From the IMG/VR virus record IMGVR_UViG_3300020048_000023, positions 96,911-160,910 of that record: a DNA stretch of 64,000 nucleotides; one strand, written 5' to 3'. Origin of the DNA: a virus. The notes under the pieces were generated by a model. That model ran no database searches and had not been told where the DNA came from. It worked only from the letters and a program-made list of their open reading frames with translations. Below, piece after piece: positions 56,505-64,000 of the stretch. A program made the translations under genes and the position numbers. Positions within the stretch are counted from its first letter, which is position 1; every line of letters begins with the position of its first letter.

Positions 56505-56804
56505 ATGGCAACTAAAACGTGGAAGTTAGGAGAGGTTTGTCGTGGTGGTGTTATCACCGTTGAGGCAAACTCAAAACAGGTAACAGTAATTGGTAAAGAA
56601 TGGGACTTTTCAAAAGGCTCACGCAGAAGCTCCGACCAATCGAATGCAAAGGAATTTGACAGGGCAACAGTCAACACTGATAGCACATACGCTTACAGAA
56701 CGCTGGATAACTTCCTGAACGACCTCACAACCTCGTACTATGCTGGACAGGTTATGGAATGGATTGAAAGCAAAGTGAAATTGGGCAAACATTCAAACTG
56801 GTAA
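56505..56804 (+). CDS. hypothetical protein
   Basis: 99 aa after promoter 56449. Confidence 0.75.
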   Translation: MATKTWKLGEVCRGGVITVEANSKQVTVIGKEWDFSKGSRRSSDQSNAKEFDRATVNTDSTYAYRTLDNFLNDLTTSYYAGQVMEWIESKVKLGKHSNW

Positions 56805-56805
56805 T

Positions 56806-57024
56806 ATGTCAAACTTTAAACCACAATTCAGGATAAATAAGAAAAGCTTTGTATATGATACATACAGGGAACTGAAAAGCAAAATGGCTGGCGTTATGAA
56901 GGAACAGGGCGTTACCGAAGTATGTGTGTCACGCTCCAAACGTGGCGACTGGGGCGAATGGTTTGAATACTGGTACCTGCACGACGATGGAAGCCTGAGC
57001 AAAGGCAGGGAAGGATGGATGTAA
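56806..57024 (+). CDS. hypothetical protein
   Basis: VSRSKRGDWGEWFEYW. Confidence 0.75.
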   Translation: MSNFKPQFRINKKSFVYDTYRELKSKMAGVMKEQGVTEVCVSRSKRGDWGEWFEYWYLHDDGSLSKGREGWM

Positions 57025-57094
57025 AATAATTCATAATTTATTTGGTAGTGTCAAAAACTTGTTGTATCTTTGTCGAAACCTAAATCACACGGCA

Positions 57095-57529
57095 ATGAAT
57101 AAAACAACCCTTGAAATCGTACCAACCCCGCACACAATGTCGCACACGCTATTCAGCGGACAGGACAAATTTATTGATGCAATGCGGGAAGGCAAATTTG
57201 TGTATGTTGACGTAAGATCACACACAAAAACCTCTGTAAGTATTGCCCTTCACCTTGAGCCGCACAGATACGGAGCAAACAGCGTGAAAACCGAAGGAAT
57301 GAAGTACCTCGAAAAACGTGAAACTAACTTCTTTGAAGGTGTAACCTATACGGCATACTATCTGAAAGCCAAAGCACTTGCAGACGTTCAGAAACACGTT
57401 GAAACCCTACTTACTCACTTCTTTCCTTCACTCGAACTTGAAGGCTTCACCCTGAAGTTTTTTAATACTCCAAGAACAGAAGAATTGGCACGTTGGAAAT
57501 ACCCCGAAGATTCATATAAAACAATATGA
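57095..57529 (+). CDS. hypothetical protein
   Basis: ACGGCA-ATG leader. Confidence 0.75.
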   Translation: MNKTTLEIVPTPHTMSHTLFSGQDKFIDAMREGKFVYVDVRSHTKTSVSIALHLEPHRYGANSVKTEGMKYLEKRETNFFEGVTYTAYYLKAKALADVQKHVETLLTHFFPSLELEGFTLKFFNTPRTEELARWKYPEDSYKTI

Positions 57530-57690
57530 AAAAGTTTAAACTCCATATCGAAGGCGAAGGAACGGCTGAGGAATTAGCCGTTTCTTTGAGCAGAATAGTT
57601 AAATTGCTGGAAGCCCCTGTATTCGAAAAAGTAGACGTATCAGCATTTTCAGACGAATCACTATCAACTCAAATAAATGTTGTAAAATAA
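57526..57690 (+). CDS. 54-aa hypothetical protein
   Basis: ATGA overlap; stop abuts promoter 57692. Confidence 0.65.
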   Translation: MKKFKLHIEGEGTAEELAVSLSRIVKLLEAPVFEKVDVSAFSDESLSTQINVVK

Positions 57691-57748
57691 ATTTGGTAGT
57701 GTCAAAAACTTGTTGTATATTTGCAACCTCACTTAAAAACATACGGCA

Positions 57749-58027
57749 ATGAGTTACCTCGATCAGGTCAAAGACCCCAAAAAGAACTACAAATTCGGCT
57801 ACCCAATAGTTGAGTGCAAGCACGAATTTACACAGGATTTCTCCTATGGCAGGAAAACAGACAACCCAATTGAACATACCCATTGTGTTGAATGTGGCTG
57901 GCATAAATTCAAAGGAGTTGAATATACCCGCCAACAGTGGGAAGCGTGGATAAATTCACCCAACCCCGAAGACCCTGAATACGATAAGTTATTGACCAAA
58001 GCTGAATCCGTAACAGCCAACGGCTAA
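57749..58027 (+). CDS. hypothetical protein
   Basis: CKH...HCVECG. Confidence 0.75.
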   Translation: MSYLDQVKDPKKNYKFGYPIVECKHEFTQDFSYGRKTDNPIEHTHCVECGWHKFKGVEYTRQQWEAWINSPNPEDPEYDKLLTKAESVTANG

Positions 58028-58119
58028 CTCCCAAGGCGGATAAGTAAATTCACGGAGTAATTAACCTCAAAACCCTACAGCTATGAAACGGTAAGTTAGT
58101 TAAAAAACACCCTGAGCAA

Positions 58120-58146
58120 GAACCCGACTGACTATCGGGTTTTTTT
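58120..58146 (+). terminator. intrinsic terminator
   Basis: AACCCGA-CTGACTA-TCGGGTT followed by a T-run. Confidence 0.8.
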
Positions 58147-58210
58147 ATTTTATAAATTATTTGGTAGATCAAAATATTAGTTGTACCTTCGCATTCTAAA
58201 TCATACGGCA

Positions 58211-58603
58211 ATGAGTAATACACATATTGACACCTATCAACCTTTACGTGAAAACGTTCGGCTTCGTAACTCTATATTAGCCCAAGCAGACCACTATGGA
58301 CTGGAAACTATGGACGACCTGTGCGCCTTCGTAGAGCGTGATAATTACGGCACTATAAGATACTTTCGTAACATCGGTAAAAAAAGCCTGTGCGAATTAC
58401 AGGATATTATATACGACTACAAAAAGGGTAATATATCTAAAGAGTTGGATATTAAAGACGTGGTGTATAATATACGCAGGGAAATAGTTCGCCTCAATAA
58501 GCTATCAAAAGTCAGCGGAAACCCTATGAAACAGGCAATATATACAGGCGAAATCAAAGGCTTATTAACCGCTATCAAACTAATTAAAGGCGAAACAATA
58601 TGA
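58211..58603 (+). CDS. RNA polymerase alpha-subunit CTD-like protein
   Basis: VRLRNSI...LETMDDL...YFRNIGKKSLCEL. Confidence 0.7.
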   Translation: MSNTHIDTYQPLRENVRLRNSILAQADHYGLETMDDLCAFVERDNYGTIRYFRNIGKKSLCELQDIIYDYKKGNISKELDIKDVVYNIRREIVRLNKLSKVSGNPMKQAIYTGEIKGLLTAIKLIKGETI

Positions 58604-58752
58604 AAGCAATCGAATGCAAGTTAATACTGCACGGCTCCTGTATGCAGCACGACGGCGGCACACACAAAAGTAAATCAGCCGCCAAAAAATGGGCTTCGGA
58701 ATGTTGGAATAGACCCTACACAGTAATTCCCCTGAAACCTCAGGCAAAATAA
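58600..58752 (+). CDS. 50-aa hypothetical protein
   Basis: ATGA overlap; stop lies in the upstream block of the repeat. Confidence 0.6.
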   Translation: MKAIECKLILHGSCMQHDGGTHKSKSAAKKWASECWNRPYTVIPLKPQAK

Positions 58753-58818
58753 TTTGTAATTTATTTGGTAGTGTCAAAACTTTGTTGTATCTTTGCTGCT
58801 CACTTAAACCTCACGGCA

Positions 58819-59055
58819 ATGAGAACCATAGACAAAATCATTACAAAAGTTAACTGCAAATTTGGCGCACCTCACGGCAGAATTGGCGTTAACGAAAATA
58901 ACCCGCCTTTCGGCTTCGCTGTTAAATTATTTGACTGCTCCGTACCACTTGACAGGGGCGGATATGACAAAGGTGGCGCATACTGGGGCTTCCCTTCGAA
59001 CCTTCGCTGCTCCTATACCAAAGATATGAGTTACATACACTTTTATAGAAAATAG
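58819..59055 (+). CDS. conserved phage/MGE small protein
   Basis: FGAP.GR...V.LD.GGYD.GGAYWG. Confidence 0.75.
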   Translation: MRTIDKIITKVNCKFGAPHGRIGVNENNPPFGFAVKLFDCSVPLDRGGYDKGGAYWGFPSNLRCSYTKDMSYIHFYRK

Positions 59056-59056
59056 T

Positions 59057-59251
59057 ATGAGCAAGCACAATAACAACTCAGCCCCTTCCTCAGCACTTAG
59101 GTGTAGGTGTGGCAGATACGGCACATTAGGGGAGTTACACGCTGGTATTTCTCATATTGGCTACGAATGCCCCGACTGCTCGCACAGAAGGTACGCAAAG
59201 CCCCTGACACGTGAAGAGTATTATGCACAATTCAGTAACACTTTCAAATAA
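59057..59251 (+). CDS. Zn-ribbon microprotein
   Basis: CRCG...CPDC. Confidence 0.7.
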   Translation: MSKHNNNSAPSSALRCRCGRYGTLGELHAGISHIGYECPDCSHRRYAKPLTREEYYAQFSNTFK

Positions 59252-59257
59252 AACAGT

Positions 59258-59446
59258 ATGAAAAAGATAGCAATGCAACCCGACTTATTTGATACACCTT
59301 TGAGTGTAACCAAAGTAAGAAATGGCGTAAATGCCTATAAATACAGAAACGGTAATATCAATATTGCAGGGCAAATATTCTCAATGTACTCTATATCAGA
59401 GGCAATAAGAATATGGCGGCATAAAAACCCCGCCTATGCAAAATAA
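59258..59446 (+). CDS. hypothetical protein
   Basis: 62 aa. Confidence 0.7.
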   Translation: MKKIAMQPDLFDTPLSVTKVRNGVNAYKYRNGNINIAGQIFSMYSISEAIRIWRHKNPAYAK

Positions 59447-59981
59447 TTCATAATTTATTTGGTAGTGTCAAAAATTGGTTGTATATTTGCATCCTAATTA
59501 ATACGGCAATGAAAATCAGGGAAAGATACAGATTAAACAAGCTGGCAAAAGTGGGCGACACTTGCATATGTGCTGGCTGTGGTGGCTCTTTTGTTAAAGC
59601 TAATTATCAGCAAGCCTTCTGCAAAGCCAAAGGCGGAACGGTATGCAAAGATAAGTATTGGAATACGGTTACACCTTCCAAACGAAACAATACAACCCGC
59701 ATAAGTCCCGCAAGTGCCGCATTTATGGAAAGTGATAGAGGTAAAGATATAATTAACAGGCAGAAATTCGGTATGGATGCCCCTAACATTATCGGCGGCT
59801 CTGGACGTATTAGCGGCGTTACAAGCGAAGGTTATAGAATTATGGACGGAATAGCCTATGATGAATTTGATGATGCCATATACACGGTTGACCCCTTCGA
59901 CGATACGCACCCCTTTGATATGGATTGTTAAAATAATTCATAATTTATTTGGTAGTGTCAAAAATTGGTTGTATATTTGCA
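59440..59981 (+). repeat. 52-bp identical direct repeats flanking one gene
   Basis: 59440-59491 is identical to 59930-59981. Confidence 0.9.
59509..59931 (+). CDS. Zn-binding hypothetical protein
   Basis: CAGCG..F.K..YQQAFC...CKD.YWN. Confidence 0.8.
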   Translation: MKIRERYRLNKLAKVGDTCICAGCGGSFVKANYQQAFCKAKGGTVCKDKYWNTVTPSKRNNTTRISPASAAFMESDRGKDIINRQKFGMDAPNIIGGSGRISGVTSEGYRIMDGIAYDEFDDAIYTVDPFDDTHPFDMDC

Positions 59982-60003
59982 GCCTAATCTAAAACATACG
60001 GCA

Positions 60004-60387
60004 ATGAACACAATGAAAGTATTACTGATCGACCCCGCAACCCGCACGGTCACCGAAATCGAAATCGAAAAAGGTAGCGCTGCTATCTACAAGGCAATGA
60101 ACTGCGAACGCTTTGAGTGCCCTGTTGAACTCCCGAACGGCGATGTTATGTACTGCGACGAAGAGGGCAAACTGAACCGCGAAAAACTTATTGGCGGCTT
60201 CACATACACAAAAGGCTGGCACGACATTATTATGAACAAAGCCCTCGTAATTGGCACAACACGTGGCGGAAACAGTACCAGCTGCAAAAGCAAACCCGCT
60301 GACATATTGGAAACAAAAGAGTGGGGCAAAATTCGCTGGTCACCTAAGCACCTCGCTGAACTCTACCTCGATTCAATAGGATTCTAA
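60004..60387 (+). CDS. DUF3846-like protein
   Basis: VLLIDP...TEIEI...IY..M.C..FE...L..GD.MYCDEEG. Confidence 0.75.
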   Translation: MNTMKVLLIDPATRTVTEIEIEKGSAAIYKAMNCERFECPVELPNGDVMYCDEEGKLNREKLIGGFTYTKGWHDIIMNKALVIGTTRGGNSTSCKSKPADILETKEWGKIRWSPKHLAELYLDSIGF

Positions 60388-60419
60388 AATATTTCTGCTT
60401 CCTGTTTCATCCGAAAGAT

Positions 60420-60444
60420 CACCCCGCAAGGGGTGGTTTTTTTT
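60420..60444 (+). terminator. intrinsic terminator
   Basis: CACCCC-GCAA-GGGGTG followed by a T-run. Confidence 0.85.
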
Positions 60445-60508
60445 ATAATTTATTTGGTAGATCAAAATATTAGTTGTACCTTCGCATTCTAATTTAAACC
60501 TCACGGCA

Positions 60509-61000
60509 ATGAAAACAAAATTATTTATCACCCTGCTGGCTATAATAGCCACGTTAAATTCACACAGCCAAAGCATTAACGTCTTTATTGGCGGTGCAGT
60601 AAAAAATACTATGCTATACGGCATAGAATTACGATCTGAAAATTACGGTGTATATGTCACACGGTACGCCAATAACGTTGACCTTCCCAAAAAATCAATT
60701 CAGCCTAATCAATCTGAAAATCCTATATCTATTGTGTACGATGGTTTAACCGCAGGAATTAACAGGCATATAGAATGCTTATCCGAAGTTAATTTATTTG
60801 CAGGCGTCGGCATGCTAAACGAATACAGCATTTACAGTGAACAAAAGGGTTTGAAGTCAATGGACACACAGCAAAAATTTGCATTCGAACTCGGTGCGGG
60901 TAAGGATTTCAGATTAAACAATATGAATATAGGTATTAAATTTGGCGTGAATACCTGTACTTCTATATTTGGGGCGTTATCAATAGGCTACGGCTTTTAA
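60509..61000 (+). CDS. small outer-membrane beta-barrel-like protein
   Basis: Cleavable signal ending SHS-Q, amphipathic strands, C-terminal IGYGF. Confidence 0.65.
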   Translation: MKTKLFITLLAIIATLNSHSQSINVFIGGAVKNTMLYGIELRSENYGVYVTRYANNVDLPKKSIQPNQSENPISIVYDGLTAGINRHIECLSEVNLFAGVGMLNEYSIYSEQKGLKSMDTQQKFAFELGAGKDFRLNNMNIGIKFGVNTCTSIFGALSIGYGF

Positions 61001-61021
61001 TTCATACTAAACCGCACGGCA

Positions 61022-61354
61022 ATGCAACTTAAATTCAAATGGACAGATGAACTCGTACAAGAGTTCACAAGAGAAGTAGCCAAAGGACAGAATGCAATGT
61101 TCAAAGGCTGCCCCAAACTCAGCGATAAGATAACCGCATTCAAACGGATTCACTCTACCCACGACGAACTAATGAAGTCAGCGATCAGGTCACTGAGTGA
61201 ACGCAAGTTTAACAAGCTGGTTGAGGGGCTGAATACACGGATTAAAAGCCTGATACTATTGAAATCAGCCTACCCTCAGAATTCTGCATACTATAATTTT
61301 GAGATAGATCAATTCAAAGTTAAACTTGATATGATTCAGGACTACCGAAAATAA
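61022..61354 (+). CDS. hypothetical protein
   Basis: FKWTDELV.EF; has the ACGGCA leader without a promoter. Confidence 0.75.
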   Translation: MQLKFKWTDELVQEFTREVAKGQNAMFKGCPKLSDKITAFKRIHSTHDELMKSAIRSLSERKFNKLVEGLNTRIKSLILLKSAYPQNSAYYNFEIDQFKVKLDMIQDYRK

Positions 61355-61411
61355 ATTTGGTGGTGTCAAATATTAGTTGTATCTTTGCACTTCACATTAA
61401 ACACTACGGCA

Positions 61412-61624
61412 ATGAGCAAAAATGTAAAATGGGCTGGCGAAACTCCAAAGGAGTGCGACATATGCCACAAACCAATAACGGATAAATTTGTAGATGGCTC
61501 TTTCACTGGCACAAATCACTGGGGTATATTTTGCCCTGTTTGTTATCAAAAATTAGGCAACGGCTTCGGACTCGGCAAAGGTCAAATGTACGAAACAGCC
61601 ACAGGCAATAAGATTTTAGGATAG
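61412..61624 (+). CDS. Zn-binding small protein
   Basis: CDIC...FVDG...WG..CPVC...G.GLG.GQ.Y. Confidence 0.8.
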   Translation: MSKNVKWAGETPKECDICHKPITDKFVDGSFTGTNHWGIFCPVCYQKLGNGFGLGKGQMYETATGNKILG

Positions 61625-61646
61625 TTCATTTGCCGTGAATCTCCGC

Positions 61647-61694
61647 CCGCCCCCGCACGAAACTCCGACACGTGCATCAGGGGCGGGTTTTTTT
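61647..61694 (+). terminator. intrinsic terminator
   Basis: CCGCCCC...GGGGCGG followed by a T-run. Confidence 0.65.
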
Positions 61695-61979
61695 ATGTCT
61701 ATATGATAACTTGTACCGCACCCGCCCGCACACGCAAACCCGCATTGGCGTAACGCACACACGACGTATGCACCGCACCCGCATATGTGCGCCCGCACCC
61801 GCTATATGTCTATATGATTATTTAACCGCACACGCTATACTATATATAGGGGCTTATTTAGACTGATTATTAATAACAAAAATTTCAGATTAATTCGTAC
61901 AAAAATTTGGTAGTGTCAAAAATTGGTTGTAATATTGCAGCCTGATCGGGACAAATTCGGTCAGGTAAAATTTACGGCA

Positions 61980-62879
61980 ATGTTTTTAATAGGAAGTGAA
62001 AAATCGATCAATGCAGTTGAACTGCTAATGAAAACGGGCTTGGATTGGTCAGTTTCAAAAGAAAAATTACAAACCGAATCGGGTATTGTTACCGATCACG
62101 TTGCAATCGTTCGGGAAGATACAAAAAGTATCTTAGGCGTACACAAATCGGGGTACGAAGTATTTCAGAATCAGGAACTTGCAGAATTAATTCTCGACCT
62201 GTCAAAGGTTGCAGATGCTCCGCTCCATTCGTTTGGAACTCTTAAAGACGGTGCAAAAGTGTACATTCAGCTGAAAACAGGTAACACACGCATTCGCAGA
62301 CCTGACGGCACAATGGACACCATTGAAGGCTACGGCACTGTAGTAAATTCGTTCGACGGCTCGACCTCGTTGGGTATCGGAATCAGCACCAAAACAATAT
62401 CCTGTATGAACACTTTTTTTGCCGCCTACAGGCAGTTAGATAGCAAAATTAAGCACACCAAAGGAATGACGGTAAAAGTTGAAGACCTGCTCCGCTCCAT
62501 GGATATTTTCCGCAAAGATGAATCCGCACACTTTGAACTCATTAGCCGCCTCGCACAGACTCCGATTACCGCACAGGCGATAGATACCGTTTACAAAAGT
62601 ATGTTTGACGTAAGCTTTGCCGAAGCTCAGGCAAACCGCACCGCAAAGGTGGACGCTCGCACCCTCAGCACCAAAAAAACAAACCTGATCGAAACCTTTA
62701 CCCTCGACACCGCAAACCAAATCACAGACAAGGGCGAAACCCTGTGGGGCTTGTTCTCAGGTATCACAAAATACACTACTCACAGCCTCGGGGCTGACAG
62801 TGAAGAGGCAAAAATGTTCGGCTCTGTTGCCTCGAAAGAAAGGGTAATTTTGAGCAAATTTGCAGACCTCGTAAAGTAA
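61980..62879 (+). CDS. DUF932 domain protein (phage/plasmid type)
   Basis: GLDW.V, VREDT...LG....Y.VFQN, G.L..G.KVYI, NSFDGS, CMNT, KHT, TLWGLFSGIT.Y..H. Confidence 0.88.
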   Translation: MFLIGSEKSINAVELLMKTGLDWSVSKEKLQTESGIVTDHVAIVREDTKSILGVHKSGYEVFQNQELAELILDLSKVADAPLHSFGTLKDGAKVYIQLKTGNTRIRRPDGTMDTIEGYGTVVNSFDGSTSLGIGISTKTISCMNTFFAAYRQLDSKIKHTKGMTVKVEDLLRSMDIFRKDESAHFELISRLAQTPITAQAIDTVYKSMFDVSFAEAQANRTAKVDARTLSTKKTNLIETFTLDTANQITDKGETLWGLFSGITKYTTHSLGADSEEAKMFGSVASKERVILSKFADLVK

Positions 62880-62897
62880 GCAAACCGCACCCCTCAA

Positions 62898-62926
62898 GCC
62901 TCGCACTTTGCGGGGCTTTTTTTTTG
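62898..62926 (+). terminator. intrinsic terminator
   Basis: AGCCTCGCA-CTT-TGCGGGGCT followed by a T-run. Confidence 0.85.
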
Positions 62927-63209
62927 CCCTGTATAGCCTAAATTTGCGCCCTGTTAGATCAAAGGAATCAAAACAGCCTCACATACCACACAGGGGCAAA
63001 AGTGGCTTAAAACGGTTTAAAATTAATATGCACATTTGCCGCATATATACAGGCTTGCTATTGTCTAATGATTATTTAACCCCGCACGCTATACTATATA
63101 TAAGCAAAAAATATTTCATATTAATTTGTACAAAAATTTGGTAGTGTCAAAAATTAGTCGTAATATTGCAGCTCAATTCAATCATTAATTAATCTTAAAA
63201 TTTACGGCA

Positions 63210-63992
63210 ATGAAAATTTCAGAAGACATCAAAACCAACGCAAAGGCTGTTATTACAGCTGTTCAGGCTAACAATGCCGAAGGCAAAAAGTACATTAATT
63301 TGTTCGCTTTGCTTCGCCTTATTGTGCTTACTTCCCGCCTTACTTGTCCTACAATTATTCGCATAAAGGACTATGTTTCGAGCGCTTCAAACCTTTCAGA
63401 GGTTGCAGATTGTAGCTTTTTAATCGGCGTTAAATATGGCAATGCTAGAGAAGCTAGTATAAAACAAGCTGAAAATTTGGATGCCGAGGATATTTTGGCT
63501 ATTCAAAATTCCTGTAACCCTAATGATATCAAGGGTTTCAAGTACATTAACAAAAAGGGGCTAACGGCTGATGAATATTGCGCTCAGGTTCGTAGCTTTG
63601 TTTTGGACGCTATAGCCAAAAAGTGCGCCCCGAAAGTGCGCAAAAATATGGAAGTGATCCGCATTAATAGTGTACTGAAATATTTTATAAATACAGGTAA
63701 CATAAATATGTTGGGTGAAAAGTTAAACAGTAAAATAACTAAATTGCACCTTTGCCCCGCCTGTAGTGGTGAATATATGTATGTTTCGGTTGTCGAAGAT
63801 AGCCACACAGAATGCCCTATTTGCCACGCTACTATTGAAAATTTAACGGCTAACAAACCCGCAACGGTTGCAGGTTGGCAAGTTGACAAGTTTTTAAATA
63901 GCAGAGCTTCGAGGGTACAATGGCATACCGTTTCACAGATCGGCAGTATCACAATACAGCACGAAAATTTAGAACTTGTTCCAACGGAATAA
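63210..63992 (+). CDS. hypothetical protein with CPxC..CPxC Zn ribbon
   Basis: 260 aa; ACGGCA-ATG leader. Confidence 0.8.
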   Translation: MKISEDIKTNAKAVITAVQANNAEGKKYINLFALLRLIVLTSRLTCPTIIRIKDYVSSASNLSEVADCSFLIGVKYGNAREASIKQAENLDAEDILAIQNSCNPNDIKGFKYINKKGLTADEYCAQVRSFVLDAIAKKCAPKVRKNMEVIRINSVLKYFINTGNINMLGEKLNSKITKLHLCPACSGEYMYVSVVEDSHTECPICHATIENLTANKPATVAGWQVDKFLNSRASRVQWHTVSQIGSITIQHENLELVPTE

Positions 63993-64000
63993 GGGGTAAA

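Larger units (their letters stand above)
1488..63170 (+). promoter_or_regulatory. Family of 53 dispersed Bacteroidota-type housekeeping promoters, consensus aTTTGgtagtgtcaaaaattagttgTAtaTTTGc (-33 TTTG, 20-nt spacer, -7 TAnnTTTG)
   Basis: TTTG starts at 1491, 4194(CTTG), 5923, 8768, 10555, 12117, 13587, 17174, 19923, 21081, 24494, 26102, 27770, 28408, 31755, 35384, 36864, 37785, 38463, 39213, 40531, 41681, 42611, 42716, 43028, 43707, 44642, 45517, 46758, 47370, 48301, 49014, 49822, 50184, 50908, 51327, 51997, 52703, 53221, 53858, 54337, 55234, 56449, 57041, 57692, 58160, 58764, 59458, 59948, 60453, 61356, 61906, 63137. The -7 box begins 24 nt after each start. Matches the established Bacteroidetes -33/-7 consensus. 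Confidence 0.92.
61807..63210 (+). repeat. duplicated long upstream region (61807-61980 and 63062-63210)
   Basis: TGTCTA(T)ATGATTATTTAACC..CACGCTATACTATATATA, then TACAAAAATTTGGTAGTGTCAAAAATT..GTAATATTGCAGC, then AAAATTTACGGCAATG in both copies. Confidence 0.85.

Noticed and set aside
61616-61866. ORFs 61616(-) and 61672(+), and 62908(+) further on
   Set aside because: They span terminators and repeated non-coding elements; low-complexity translations
19924-61980. Apparent shared N-terminal peptide (MVVS..CIFA / MYIC / ..KHTAM) in many ORF-track proteins
   Set aside because: Artefact of TTG starts read through the promoter-leader repeat; true starts are the downstream ATGs
1488-63170. Dispersed repeat as a CRISPR array
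   Set aside because: Copies are degenerate and separated by 0.1-3.6 kb of mostly whole genes rather than 30-40 nt spacers; no cas genes; the sequence matches a promoter consensus
35384-63170. Classical integron (attC) array
   Set aside because: No integron integrase in the window; repeats lack the RYYYAAC...GTTRRRY inverted-repeat structure and contain promoters
250-63952. Most minus-strand and nested alternative-frame ORFs in the track
   Set aside because: Shadows of longer, operon-coupled + strand genes, with no promoter or start context
1-64000. Stop-codon reassignment (code 15 or 4)
   Set aside because: Coding density is high under code 11, and TAG and TGA both end genes that abut the next start
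1-64000. Reverse transcriptase, DGR, retron, transposase or integrase
   Set aside because: No YxDD RT, DDE or tyrosine/serine recombinase motifs seen in any ORF

Overview
This 64-kb window looks like the early / host-takeover accessory region of a large tailed phage infecting a Bacteroidota host. It holds about 150 short, tightly packed, almost all + strand ORFs in the standard genetic code. I saw no core structural or replication genes, tRNA, CRISPR array, integrase or reverse transcriptase. The dominant structure is a dispersed repeat with 53 + strand copies, one minus-strand copy and one broken copy. It matches the Bacteroidota housekeeping promoter (TTTG-N20-TAnnTTTG) with invariant spacing. 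It often extends from an AT-rich upstream block containing the previous gene's stop codon to an ACGGCA-ATG leader that supplies the next gene's start, so genes sit in promoter-bounded cassettes. Deletion scars, an endonuclease gene splitting a repeat, dispersed paralogues and RNA-only cassettes suggest cassette turnover. Recognisable cargo includes an ECF-type sigma factor, RNAP alpha-CTD-like and L7/L12-like proteins, a NADAR fusion, a radical SAM enzyme, a GP88-family protein, two DUF932 proteins, a split PT-associated methyltransferase-like pair, outer-membrane proteins and five homing-type endonucleases. A distinct island at 32.8-35.3 kb has direct repeats, 12 GAATTC sites, a second promoter motif and a portal/capsid-peptide mosaic ORF. 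A structured ncRNA candidate lies at about 52.95-53.2 kb. All family calls are from motif recognition by eye, not database searches.
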